Assembly (NCBI GenBank): GCA_963699545.1 | Contig: CAVOUE010000005.1 | Span: 160,001-224,000, forward strand | Length of the DNA: 64,000 nucleotides | Source of the DNA: Nitrospirota bacterium | GTDB lineage: Bacteria > Nitrospirota > Thermodesulfovibrionia > Thermodesulfovibrionales > UBA9159 | Direction: 5' to 3' | Shown here: positions 50,996 to 61,737 of the stretch, in pieces | Position numbering within the stretch: position 1 is the stretch's first letter | Layout of the letters: each line of letters begins with the position of its first letter | The notes under the pieces: generated by a model | The model's input: the letters and a program-made list of their open reading frames with translations, nothing else | What the model was told of the DNA's origin: nothing | Databases searched by the model: none | Position numbers and translations under genes: made by a program

Positions 50996-53353
50996 TCACT
51001 TTCCGCCCAGTTCTTTCAGTCTTCTCTGGGCATTCTTGTCACGCGGATTCAGGACCAGCACATTCTCGTACTCCTCTCTCGCACGATGGAATATATGCAG
51101 CTTGTCATAAAGTTGCGCAAGATTAGACCTCAGTCCGTAGTCCGACGGATGATTCTTCACCCCTTCTTCGCAAAAAAACAGCGCCTGTTCAAGCTCGCCT
51201 TTTTTCTGATATATTCCTGTTATCCTGTAATATGCTTCACTCCCTGCGGCCCCTGTCCTTTTCATAACAGCGAGCGCGTCGAGATAGCTGTCCAATGCCT
51301 CCTGGATATCGCCCTTTTCTTCTCTATACTTCCCGTAAAGGAGCAGCGCAGATGGCGTATCGGGGATTGCGCCCCTTATTTCATCCGCGGTGAGTCTGCT
51401 CAGGGCAAGAGCGGTAATGTATTTCCCTGTATTATCGGGATCGAAGGCTATCGCCTCTTTCATCTCTTGTATCGCTTCCTCCTTCCGCCCCTGGGAAAAG
51501 AGCCACAACGAGTAATTCTTGCGCATCCATGCCGACATCGGGTCATAGAGCACCGCAAGTTTCATATATCTTGCCGCCCTGTCGTTGTCGCCTGCATTGC
51601 CGTAGGCAACACCCAGCATCTGCAAATACTCGCCGCGAACGGGATTCAGGGCCACCGCTCTCGAGAAATTGCCGACCATCTTTTCCTTCTTCCCGAGGGC
51701 ATAGTCGATAGTGCCCTTTGCAAAAGGCAGCCTGGCATCGAAGGGACTCAGTATGGCGGCCTTTTCCAGCATCGCCTCTTTTAAGGCAAGCTCCGACCCC
51801 TCCCTTAGCGACCCTTTTGCGAGCGAGTAGAGGACGTCGGCACCAGCATTGAACACGGGGATGGCGCAGATTAAAATACCCGTTACCCCAAGCCCGGCGA
51901 TCAGCCATTTTCTCGTCTGCTGCGGGATCCCTATCTCTCTCTCCCTGAGGTGTGTCCCTCCGTTTCCTTCTTTAACCCTTGCATGCGACACAGCCACCGC
52001 AAAACCCATCAGAAAACAAAAGTAAAGGCCGTTCGCGCCCAGCCGCAGGTTGAAGTCGGTCAGGCTGTGAATCATGATCGCTGTAATTCCTGTCACTGCG
52101 CCCAGAGAGAGGAGCCGCGAAGAGAGCGATTTCCGTCTCCTGAGCATCACGAACATTTTCCTGTAAAACGATCCCATGATATAAAGCATTATCAACAGTC
52201 CCGACAGACCGAGTTCGGCAGCGCCTTCTATGTAATCATTGTGAGCATGTTCCCAACGCTCCTGCGTCAGCACTGTCTTATAGCGGGGATAGACGTGCTC
52301 ATACGTTCCAAGGCCCGTACCGAACAGAGGGTATGCACGTATTATCTTCAGCGAATCTTTCCAGTTCTGTATCCTGTATTCACGGGAAGCGTCTGCGTAC
52401 CTTATTTTTTCGAACCGCTCAAAGACCGGTCCCCAGCCGAACCACCCGACGCTGAACAGCACAACGAGAAACAGCGCGACGATGGTCCGCCCCTTCTTTC
52501 TTGTTGAGTCTCTCAGCCAAAGCATCATCCCGAAGAAGAGCATCGAGAGGCTTAGTCCTATTATCCCGCCCCTTGACAGGCTCAGGAAGAGTGACGTACT
52601 CATGATCACCGCCGCGGTCCAGGCGAGAATAGCCCGGTTTGCCCGTCTGTGGGAAAAAAAATCGGCCACGGTCTTCTTTATGTCGCTGTCGCCCTTCGTT
52701 CCGGGGAGAGTATAGATGAGAAATCCGACACAGACAGGGATGAGCATCTCCATGAGACCGGCAAAATGGTTCCTGTTCACATACGGTCCAAAGGGCTGAC
52801 CCACCTGGCTTAATTCCCTGAACCAGAGCAGTTTCCCGTTCCACAATATCAGCTGGAATATTCCCAGGAGCGCGCAGCATGTCCCGATGACAAGGATGAC
52901 CTCGGTCATCAGGGTTATGGATCGTCTGTCTCTCAGCATCTGGACCGTAAGGCAATATACGCATGTGTATGCGATAAACCTCGCTATCTCCAAAAGGGTC
53001 GCATGGGGATAAAGGGAAATGGTAAGCCAGGGAAGAGCGCTTGTGTGGGGAAGATTCTCAGAGTAGACCCGGTATGTCTGGGGCGAAAGCACTTGGACAA
53101 ATGACGGAGGCATCGGAACGAGCTGCATGATTGCGAGTCCCAGGAGCAACACGACAGGCAGAAGAAAGGGCGGCTCTATGACAGAGATCGTCGTTTCCTT
53201 CTTGAACAGCCGGAAAAGCCACAGGAATAACAGAGAGATGCAAAGCACCTCCATTAGCGCAAGCGACCAGGGCTCAACCGTACCGAATAACAGGGGAGCG
53301 AGGAAAAGGAGGCAGATAAAACCGCGCTGAATGGCCTTCTCTACATCGATCAC
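50996..53353 (-). CDS. O-antigen ligase/Wzy_C family membrane protein with C-terminal TPR domain
   Basis: About 12 TM helices, GPYVNRNHFAG, SLSRGG, PLFGTGLGT, HAHNDY, IHSLTDFNL; TPR units in the last third. Confidence 0.88.
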   Translation of the reverse strand: MIDVEKAIQRGFICLLFLAPLLFGTVEPWSLALMEVLCISLLFLWLFRLFKKETTISVIEPPFLLPVVLLLGLAIMQLVPMPPSFVQVLSPQTYRVYSENLPHTSALPWLTISLYPHATLLEIARFIAYTCVYCLTVQMLRDRRSITLMTEVILVIGTCCALLGIFQLILWNGKLLWFRELSQVGQPFGPYVNRNHFAGLMEMLIPVCVGFLIYTLPGTKGDSDIKKTVADFFSHRRANRAILAWTAAVIMSTSLFLSLSRGGIIGLSLSMLFFGMMLWLRDSTRKKGRTIVALFLVVLFSVGWFGWGPVFERFEKIRYADASREYRIQNWKDSLKIIRAYPLFGTGLGTYEHVYPRYKTVLTQERWEHAHNDYIEGAAELGLSGLLIMLYIMGSFYRKMFVMLRRRKSLSSRLLSLGAVTGITAIMIHSLTDFNLRLGANGLYFCFLMGFAVAVSHARVKEGNGGTHLREREIGIPQQTRKWLIAGLGVTGILICAIPVFNAGADVLYSLAKGSLREGSELALKEAMLEKAAILSPFDARLPFAKGTIDYALGKKEKMVGNFSRAVALNPVRGEYLQMLGVAYGNAGDNDRAARYMKLAVLYDPMSAWMRKNYSLWLFSQGRKEEAIQEMKEAIAFDPDNTGKYITALALSRLTADEIRGAIPDTPSALLLYGKYREEKGDIQEALDSYLDALAVMKRTGAAGSEAYYRITGIYQKKGELEQALFFCEEGVKNHPSDYGLRSNLAQLYDKLHIFHRAREEYENVLVLNPRDKNAQRRLKELGGK

Positions 53354-55529
53354 ACGGCCTTTCCCTTGTCCTGACCGTATTGAGAATAGTACGGATACAG
53401 GTACCTGTATCCTTCTCTCTTCGTATCCACCCTGTTCAGGACCACCCCCAATATTTTGGCGTTGATGTCCTTGAGCAGCTTTGTCCCTCTCTTCGCCACT
53501 TCAAACGTCGTTTTACCGCTCCTGACCACGACTACTGTCCCGTCTACCAGATCCGAGAGAATCGTTGTGTCCGTCACGGTAATAAGGGGTGCTGTGTCGA
53601 ACACCACGATATCAAACTTCTCATTTACAATATGCAGGAACTCCTTCATCCTCTTCGACCCGAGGAGCTCCGATGGATTCGGCGGCAACGGGCCCGCGGT
53701 GATGATGCTCAGATGGGGGACGGGGCTGGTCTTTATCATATCCCTGACAACCTGGCGTGCAAGGAAACTGCTGAGCCCTATGGAGTTCTCCATTCCGAAG
53801 ACGGTGTGCACCTTCGGTTTCCTGAGATCCGCGTCCACAAGCAAGACCATCTTTTCCATCTGTGCCAGGGTGATGGCGAGGTTGATCGCGGTGGTCGTCT
53901 TGCCCTCATCCTCCAATGAACTGGTCACCACAAAACTCTTTACCGGCTCCACTGCCGAAAGCAGAATGCTCGTTCGCAGGGCCCTGTATGTTCTCCGAGA
54001 CAGTGGATTTCTGATCTGTGTGCGTGATCGCTTCCAGCCGCTCTTCCGGATCGGTCTTGCTGAAAAAAGGAATCACCCCAAGGAGCGGCAGCGAGAGTTT
54101 TTCCTCAACATCTTCCGGTTTCTTGAAGGTGTTGTCGACATATTCGAGGAAGAACGCGATTCCCACTCCACCGAACAGGCCCACGATGACGGAGAGGAGG
54201 ACATTGAGAAGCCTCCTGGGCCTCACCGGACTCTTGGGCACCTCTGCCCTGTCGACGATGTAGATGTTGAAGGATTTCACTTCCTCAATAAGACTCGTCT
54301 TCCTTAATGCGTTTCAGAAGCGCATCATATATCTGTTGATTGCTGTCGACCTCGCGTTTGAGGACACCGTATTCTATCGACTTCGCAGAGAGAGACATGG
54401 CCTCACCCTTCCCCTGCGCCAAAGAACTTCTCAGTCCGGCCTCTTTTGTCTTCGCAAGTTCGTAATCGTTCTTCATCGCAGTGATGATCCTTTTCGACTC
54501 GCTGGACATCCTCTCCCGAATTGCTCTCAGGTCTTCCTTCAGTAATATCATCTGGGGATGTTTCTCTCCGAACTTCTTCGACATCTCCATCACATCCTTT
54601 TCCCTTCTTATCTCGTCCGTCCTGAGAGACTGCATCACCGGATCCCCTGCTACGGCAGGCACCGTGAGGGCTCCCGCAAGGTTGTTCGTAAGGTCCTTCA
54701 CCTGATTGTACAGGGCCTCGACCTCCTTCCTCCTGCTTTCCGCCATGACCAGTTGGGAGCTCAGGCTCTGGACCTTCTGAGGTGTGATCGCCTCCTTGCT
54801 CTCCAGTTCTACGATATCCTTGTCCTTCATGTACTCCTGAAGCGCCCTCTGCGACTGCTCCAGCAACTTCTTCTGTTCATCGATCTTCTTCGACATCCAC
54901 TCAACAGCATGCTTTGCCGTCCCCATCTTGATATCAAGGACCTGCTCTACATAGGCATCCGCCACGCCGTTGGCGACGTATGCCGCCAGGTTCGGATCGT
55001 GGTACTCATAACTGATGTTCACTATCCTGCTGCCCTTTATGGGATCCACCCTGAGGTTTCCCTGAACTTTCTTTGCTAGGACCAACAGGGGGTCCTCGAG
55101 GCTCCTTTCTTCCGGAGCATTCTTCCTTGTCGAGACGACATTCCTCAGCATGCCGAAGAACCCGCTCAGCGCACCCCCGCCCGATTTCTTCGCTGCCGGG
55201 TTGAAAGCCGGGTTATTCTGAAGGGTGAGATTCTTCACGACTTTATATGCAACCGCACCGCTTCTTATAAGCTCATACTGGGTGTGATAGTAGTCCTCTG
55301 AATAGAGGTCGGTATACACGGCATTGATATTCGACAAATACTGGTTCTCCCTGTCGATGAGAACGCGTGTCGTGGCCCTGTACACAGGTGTGGTCGTCAG
55401 GGTACCTATGGTAACCACAACAACAAGCACGGAGAAGAACGTAAGAACACTGTTGCTTCTCTTTACGATGACCTTCCAGTAGTCTCGCAGGTGTATCTCT
55501 TCGTCTTGAGGTCTTTCCATTCCGTCCAT
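53350..55529 (-). CDS. wzc: Polysaccharide co-polymerase/tyrosine autokinase (Wzc/GumC-CapB); frameshifts near 54285 and 53985
   Basis: EEIHLRDYW, PVYRATTRVLI, coiled coil, TM; VTSSLEDEGKTT, LLVDADLRKP, PPNPSELL, C-terminal Tyr cluster YRYLYPYYSQY. Confidence 0.88.
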
Positions 55530-55539
55530 ATGTCGTTGA

Positions 55540-56343
55540 TCAGAAGAAGCTCTCGGGAACCACAATCACGTCATCAGGTCTGACGAGTTCATTGAGCCCG
55601 ACCTTCTCCAGAGTCTTCTCCTTTCCCTCTTCCATCCTCTTTATCTTTATTCGCCTCTCCGCTGCTTTGTCGGTAAATCCTCCTGCCATAGTGATCGCCT
55701 TGAGGACAGTAGTGCCTTCTTCGTACTTATACACATCAGGCTTCTTCACCTCTCCGCTCACGTAGAAGAATCCCGCCTTCTGAATGTAGATGCTGTCCCC
55801 GTCCTGCAGGCTCATATCAGCACTCGTATCACCCTTTTCTACCAGTCGTTTCAGGTCAATGGTGAACGTCTGCTCGCCCTGCTTCAGTTTGCGCTTCACG
55901 ATTGCCTTGTCCCCTGCGTCCTTTGTGATACCTCCTGCCCTTGAGAGAAGTTCCAGAAAGCTCGTTTGTCCAGGGAGTTCGTACAGGCCCGGCCTCGAAA
56001 CTTCTCCAATAGCCGTCACCTTCTTGCTCCTGAACTCCTCGATGAACACAATCACCTGGGGATTAACGATGAAGCCGTTGGCGAGCAGTTCGCTGATCTT
56101 GCCCGCTATCTGCGGTATCGTCAGTCCCGACACCTTCACCTCTCCCAGGAGAGGAAAGAAGATCGTGCCCTCACCGCTCACCCTTGCAAGGCTGGAAAGG
56201 TCAGCATGGTCGTATACGGTAATACGGAGCACGTCCCGCTCTCCCACCACATAGTCCTGGGAAAGCACCACAGAGCGGAGCGTCGTCAACACAAGCACGG
56301 CCAGAAGGACTAGGCACAGCACTGCTGTCCGGCGACTTAGCAT
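55540..56343 (-). CDS. Polysaccharide export protein (Wza/Poly_export + SLBB)
   Basis: YVVGERDVLRITVY, GTIFFPLLGEVKVSGLT, GEVSRPG, GEVKKP, AGGFT, PDDVIVVPESFF. Confidence 0.9.
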   Translation of the reverse strand: MLSRRTAVLCLVLLAVLVLTTLRSVVLSQDYVVGERDVLRITVYDHADLSSLARVSGEGTIFFPLLGEVKVSGLTIPQIAGKISELLANGFIVNPQVIVFIEEFRSKKVTAIGEVSRPGLYELPGQTSFLELLSRAGGITKDAGDKAIVKRKLKQGEQTFTIDLKRLVEKGDTSADMSLQDGDSIYIQKAGFFYVSGEVKKPDVYKYEEGTTVLKAITMAGGFTDKAAERRIKIKRMEEGKEKTLEKVGLNELVRPDDVIVVPESFF

Positions 56344-56353
56344 CTTTCTTACC

Positions 56354-57502
56354 TCACGGAGTCGCAACAACTTTAAGATAATAGGTGTTGTTCGGATAAC
56401 TATACGTTTCAATGGTCGAACTCCGGTCAGTATGACTGTATCCCGCCTCAGCCCTCAACCAGTTCTTTATCTGGTAGATGAGCCCGATGCGCCCCTCCCA
56501 CGTGTCGTCCCTTCTTGGCTGCTCGCCTCGGTAGCTGTCCCTGCCATACGACAGATAAGCCTTTCCCGTGATCTTTCCCGTGAACTTATGAAGATATTCC
56601 AAGGAGAGCCCCGTGGTCACAAAGAAGTCATTCTGCGGGTTATTCGTCTCGTTCGTACTCCGTATCCCCCCCACCCTCAGCGAGTCCCTCGTGCTGAAAT
56701 TATGGTCAATGGTGATCTCCATGACAACGTCGCCATACCCATCAACGGTCGGATCCTTGAAGTCCTTTGTGCCATACCCTACCTTTACGGTCCCTTTCGT
56801 TTTTCCCGTAATGTCCCACGTAACCCCGCCGAAGAGATGGTGTTCTTTGCTATTCAGATCGCTAGGCTGCGCATAATTGACTACCAGATAGTCGTATTCG
56901 ATAAATGCAGCGGTCTTCGGCAAGAACCGATAATAGAGATATCCGGACACGCCATTGTCCGTCCTGTTCCTGAACTCGTTCCTGTCGGCATCATAACGCA
57001 GGATGAAGTTGGTCAAATCAAACCTCAGCTTGAACCTGTCGGATAAATTGTATGCAGCGCTCACCCTGCCAAGATTACTGTCGAAAAAATCAAGTTCCGG
57101 GCTGATGTTCAGTCCCCTCGGGTCATGGCCCCTGTTGAATTCATCGTTCACAACGAACTCGAGCCCCACGGGAAACCTTATCTCGAATCTCCCGGCAGCC
57201 TTGTGGCTGACCGCGTTCTCCGAGGTGAACGTGTTGAACCGCTCCACATCGGCCTGGTATATAAGCTCAAGCTCGTATCTCTTCTTGCTCCTCGGGAAAA
57301 TTATTTGTACGCCGGGGCTTATCACGGTCGAGAAATCGCTCTCCCGGTCGGTATCCGTATTAAAGACATTATCCGTAAAACGCTCGGTTAAGCCAAGGGA
57401 AGGATGAATCTCAAATTCGCCGAATCGCACGGCCTGAGAGTCGCTGCTGAAGGTCGCGCTAGCAAGGCATGCCACCACAACAGCAAACATGTACTTTCTC
57501 AT
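56354..57502 (-). CDS. Outer-membrane beta-barrel protein of polysaccharide export loci
   Basis: Signal peptide, HPSL....FTDNVF, SDFSTVISPG, alternating beta-strand pattern; directly upstream of the Wza-like gene. Confidence 0.8.
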   Translation of the reverse strand: MRKYMFAVVVACLASATFSSDSQAVRFGEFEIHPSLGLTERFTDNVFNTDTDRESDFSTVISPGVQIIFPRSKKRYELELIYQADVERFNTFTSENAVSHKAAGRFEIRFPVGLEFVVNDEFNRGHDPRGLNISPELDFFDSNLGRVSAAYNLSDRFKLRFDLTNFILRYDADRNEFRNRTDNGVSGYLYYRFLPKTAAFIEYDYLVVNYAQPSDLNSKEHHLFGGVTWDITGKTKGTVKVGYGTKDFKDPTVDGYGDVVMEITIDHNFSTRDSLRVGGIRSTNETNNPQNDFFVTTGLSLEYLHKFTGKITGKAYLSYGRDSYRGEQPRRDDTWEGRIGLIYQIKNWLRAEAGYSHTDRSSTIETYSYPNNTYYLKVVATP

Positions 57503-58027
57503 CTACGGTTGAACCGGACTTACTGTGCCTGTACCACCTCCTCCTCCACCGATGACGGGAGCGAATGTTGGTGTGTATCCAGGGGTTACCGGCGGCGGGG
57601 TATAGCCAAGCCCCGGCAATCCGAGTCTCTCTATGGTCCTTGCCAAAACATCAGTATCGACACCCGCCTCGATCAGACACGTCACAATAACAGGCGATGT
57701 GGCCCCTGCCCTGTATGCTGCGGTTATGACATCTTCCAGTTTTCCCCCCGCCTGTATCGCGCACCGCACCACCACGCATGCAGGATGACCCATCGCTATC
57801 GCGTTATTCACTATATCAGAGGTGTTTCCTCCGGACCGTATCATGTCGCTCACCACTGAACAGATCCCCTTACCGCCGGAAAGGGCATCTGCGATACTGT
57901 CCCTGACGGAATTATCAAGCGCGCCCTTATTCCCCACCTGGCAAGGCGCAGAAGCTGGTAACAGGCTGATCAGCACGACAACGCTGAAAAGCAAGGTTGC
58001 AACGGCTCTTTTTCTGTTCATCAGCAC
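57503..58027 (-). CDS. Secreted hypothetical protein with short helical repeats and a GLGYTP/Gly-rich/SP tail
   Basis: Signal peptide; repeated VV..AI.AG units with Cys; ends GLPGLGYTPPPVTPGYTP...GGGGGGTGTVSPVQP; abuts the beta-barrel gene. Confidence 0.75.
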   Translation of the reverse strand: MLMNRKRAVATLLFSVVVLISLLPASAPCQVGNKGALDNSVRDSIADALSGGKGICSVVSDMIRSGGNTSDIVNNAIAMGHPACVVVRCAIQAGGKLEDVITAAYRAGATSPVIVTCLIEAGVDTDVLARTIERLGLPGLGYTPPPVTPGYTPTFAPVIGGGGGGTGTVSPVQP

Positions 58028-58140
58028 CTCTCCTCTTCCTTCCGTTTATCTTATTTATTTCATTAATTTACCTATAAAAAATGTTATCATTAAAGGCATT
58101 TGGTTGTCAAGACATATATAAACAGTGCAAGGAGATAAGT

Positions 58141-58941
58141 ATGGGTAAGATAACGGTAAATGACTTTCTGAAAAAAAAGACAGAACGGAAGAAGATAACC
58201 ATGATTACTGCCTACGACTATCCCTTTGCCATGATCGCCGATGAAGCGGGGATCGATGCACTCCTTGTGGGAGATTCCCTGTGCATGGTCGTACAGGGTC
58301 ACGAGAACACCCTGCCCGTGACCATGGATGAAATGATCTACCATACGAAGATGGTATCAAGGGCCGCTCGGAACGCGATGGTCATCGGGGACATGCCTTT
58401 TATGTCCTATCAGGCGGGCCGGGAAGATGCGATCCGTAACGCAGGGAGATTCCTCAAGGAGGCAGGGGCTTCCGCCATAAAGTTGGAGGGAGGCTCCGAG
58501 GTTCTGGGACATATTGAGGCCCTGACAAAGGCTGATATTCCGGTAATGGCACACTTGGGGCTGACCCCCCAGGCAGTTCACCGCATGGGGGGGTATAAAG
58601 TCCAGGGAAGAGACGAGGACGCGGCAAGAAAATTACTGGAAGAAGCCCGTGCAGTGGAAGATGCAGGCGCCTTTGCCCTTATCCTCGAGGCCATTCCCAC
58701 GGACCTGGCAGGGAAGATCACGGAAGCGATATCAATCCCGACCATAGGCATCGGAGCAGGACCCCATTGCGACGGCCAGGTACTGGTCCTCCATGACGTC
58801 CTCGGGCTCTTCGAGAGGTTCATCCCGAAATTCGTGAGGAGATACGCACACATGAGAGAAGATGCATTGAAGGCCATCCGGACCTACAGGGATGAGGTGG
58901 AAAAAGGACTCTTTCCCGGTGAAGAAGAGAGCTTTAGGTAA
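58141..58941 (+). CDS. panB: 3-methyl-2-oxobutanoate hydroxymethyltransferase
   Basis: [46 protein letters not shown]. Confidence 0.97.
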   Translation: MGKITVNDFLKKKTERKKITMITAYDYPFAMIADEAGIDALLVGDSLCMVVQGHENTLPVTMDEMIYHTKMVSRAARNAMVIGDMPFMSYQAGREDAIRNAGRFLKEAGASAIKLEGGSEVLGHIEALTKADIPVMAHLGLTPQAVHRMGGYKVQGRDEDAARKLLEEARAVEDAGAFALILEAIPTDLAGKITEAISIPTIGIGAGPHCDGQVLVLHDVLGLFERFIPKFVRRYAHMREDALKAIRTYRDEVEKGLFPGEEESFR

Positions 58942-59119
58942 GGCAACGATGCATCCATCTGCAAGCACGGTAATAACCTTCTGTTCATGGGAGAAATGAT
59001 CATATCCCCCCGGGTTTCTCCATTGTTTCTGATTTATCGGCAATTCCCTGCTTTTTGAATCAATTGCACATTTTCTGTTGAAATGTTTCCCGCTTTCTGG
59101 TATATTGGAAACGTTTTGT

Positions 59120-59651
59120 ATGGACGACAGAGAAAAGAAATCACTCCTGGAGGCGCTGTTGTTCTTTTCGGGAGAGCCCTTAACACCATCAACCCTTAAG
59201 GGCATCACGGAGGTGGATGAGCCGGAGATCAGGAGAGCTCATGGACGGGCTGATGGCCGACTACCGCACAAGGGAGAGTGGCATCCTTATAGCGGAGATA
59301 GCCAATGGATATCAGATGGTGACCGATCCAAGGCACTCCCCGTGGATAAAAAAAATGAAGAACTCCCAGGTGTCGAGCAGGCTTTCCCTGGCTGCCCTTG
59401 AGACGCTGGCGATCGTCGCATACAGGCAACCCATTATCAAGGCAGAGATAGAACAGGTGAGAGGGGTGAACGCGGACGGGGTAATAAAGACGCTCCTGGA
59501 CAGAAGACTGATAAAGATAATGGGCAAAAAGGAGGCTCCGGGCAAGCCGCTTCTCTATGGAACGACGAAGGAGTTCTTGCAGCATTTCGGACTGAAGGAC
59601 CTTGCAGAACTGCCCACCCTCAAAGATTTGGCGAGGGATGAGGCAATCTAA
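59120..59651 (+). CDS. scpB: SMC-Scp complex subunit ScpB; frameshift near 59235
   Basis: LEALLFFSGEPL; IANGYQM, LSLAALETLAIVAYRQP, RGVN, GKPLLYGTTKEFL. Confidence 0.92.
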
Positions 59652-59663
59652 AGGAGGTTAGAC

Positions 59664-60781
59664 ATGAAACTATGGTCTGTTCTGATGGCCCTTATTCTTT
59701 TCCTTGTGACAAATACTGCTGAAGCAAGCCAGACGTACGTGGTCAGGAAAGGCGACAGCCTTTATACAATAGCGAAGAAATTCAGGATTGATCAGAGCAA
59801 GATCGAGGAAGCGAACAGCCTTGATTCCGTCAAGCTCAGGCCCGGGGATAAATTAAAGATACCGACGAAGAGGACCTCCGGGGGAAGACAGATCAGCGGG
59901 AATGAGGTGACAGAGTCATCCAGGTCAGCCCGACCTGTGTCCGGAACCATGACCTCAGAGCCTTCCGCTGCACAGGACCCCCCCTACCACACCGTGAGGA
60001 AAGGGGATACCCTTGCGTCCATCGCCAAGAAATATTCCCTCTCAGTAAAAGACCTTAAAGAGCTGAATGACCTCGCCAGGACGACGAAGCTCAAGCCCGG
60101 CCGGCAACTCCTTGTAAAAAGAACCGGCCCGAAGACCTATACGATAAGAAAGGGCGACACGCTGTCGAAGATAGCGAAAAAATGCAGTGTGAGCGCTGAA
60201 GAGCTTCAGGATCTGAACGAGCTGGAATCGGATGACCTGAAACCCGGTCAGAAGCTGATCATTGAGCCCTGGACAGAACAGCATGAGATGAGGAATTATC
60301 CCATACTCTCCGCAGCAAGCCTTTCCGAGGATATCAGGACCCTTGCGGAATCTCCTGAACTTGATTCCATTGGCATGAAGGAACGCCTCATTCTTTTTGC
60401 CAGAAGAATGCTTAATATTCCTTATCGTTTCGGGGGGAGCACCTTTATGGGCATCGATTGCTCGGGTACGTTCAGAAGGTCTTCGGTTTCCTCGACGTAT
60501 CTCTGCCGAGGACAGCCCGGGAGCAGTTCCATATCGGCGAACCTGTCAGCAAAGAAGAACTCTCGATCGGCGACCTTGTTTTCTTCCGCACCTATGCCTC
60601 CTTCCCTTCCCATGTGGGCATCTACCTCGGAAATGATCTTTTTATCCATGCTTCATCACGAAGTAGGAAGGTTTCCATAGACAGTCTGGACACCCCGTAT
60701 TACGTCAAGCACTTCATCGGTGCAAAGAGATTGTTCGGTGATGAACTGGACAAGCGGATCAATCTCAAAGAGCAGGGCTGA
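59664..60781 (+). CDS. LysM x3 + NlpC/P60 peptidoglycan endopeptidase; frameshift near 60466
   Basis: Signal peptide; three (V/I)RKGD(S/T)L..IAKK LysM repeats; PYRFGG, GIDCSG, LPRTAREQ, GDLVFF, HVGIY, FIHAS. Confidence 0.92.
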
Positions 60782-60853
60782 TCCTCTCTCTATTCTCTGT
60801 CTCCCGTCCCCGGTGTTGAGAGGTCATACGTCTCTACCCCTCACCCTCAAAGG

Positions 60854-61591
60854 CTATCTCGTCACTTTCTGCTTCACCTTTTGCTTTGCGCGAAATGCCG
60901 TTGGCGACGCCCCATAAACCGTCTTGAAGACCCGCCCAAAATGCGTCACGCTTTCATACCCCACAAAGGTCGCAATCTCTGTAACCGTGAGGTTGGGATC
61001 GTCCAGAAGCCTCGCGGCTTTCTTGACCCTGATGCTGTTCAGGTAGGAGATGAAACTCAAACCGAACCGGCCCTTGAATGCCCGGCAGAAATTGAACCTG
61101 CTCATACAGACCATACGAGCCAGTTTGTCAAGGCTCAGGTCCTCCATGGAGCGGTCTTCGATATACGCTGCGATACCGTCCATGATGAATTCTTCTCTTG
61201 TTACGGTATCTTTCCAAAAAGTATTGCCGAGGTTCATGCCCAGGATTTCTGAAAGCCGTTTCATAAGATAGGAGAAACTCAGCGGCTTCTTGATGTAATC
61301 CGTGACCCCTTCTCTGAGCGCCTTTATCACCACATGTTCACTGCCGTATCCCGTCATGAGGATAACAGGGAGGGACGGGCTCGCTTCCCGCACCGCTTTC
61401 AGAACCTCGAACCCGTCACGATCAGGAAGGGCATAATCGATAAGGGCAAGATCCATGGGATGAGTAAGCTGACGGAGCGCTTCGGAATGCGTCGATGCTT
61501 CCAGCACGTCATATTCTCTTTCAAGGGCACCCCGGATCATCTCCCTCACCACAGCCTCGTCCTCAACCAGAAGAATGACCTTCCTCTTCAC
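60854..61591 (-). CDS. Response regulator with AraC-type DNA-binding domain
   Basis: ILLVEDE, LALID, MTGYG, DYIKKP; C-terminal AraC HTH VGYESVTHFGRVFK..GASP..FR; GTG start after a G-rich SD. Confidence 0.88.
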   Translation of the reverse strand: MKRKVILLVEDEAVVREMIRGALEREYDVLEASTHSEALRQLTHPMDLALIDYALPDRDGFEVLKAVREASPSLPVILMTGYGSEHVVIKALREGVTDYIKKPLSFSYLMKRLSEILGMNLGNTFWKDTVTREEFIMDGIAAYIEDRSMEDLSLDKLARMVCMSRFNFCRAFKGRFGLSFISYLNSIRVKKAARLLDDPNLTVTEIATFVGYESVTHFGRVFKTVYGASPTAFRAKQKVKQKVTR

Positions 61592-61737
61592 GTCCCCCCC
61601 CCAAGAAAACATCCCCCGACTTGTTGCAAAAAGCTTTCTCTCGGCGAAAATAATATACTGTTGCAGATTTATAACAGAACAGGGCACGTTTTGTAAATAC
61701 TATTCGCCACTCGCTAAAAAAACCTTACCCGGGGGTT

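Noticed and set aside
5970-60781. Split genes as pseudogenes or programmed frameshifts
   Set aside because: They include core genes, show no decay in either half and share no slippery motif; assembly error is more parsimonious
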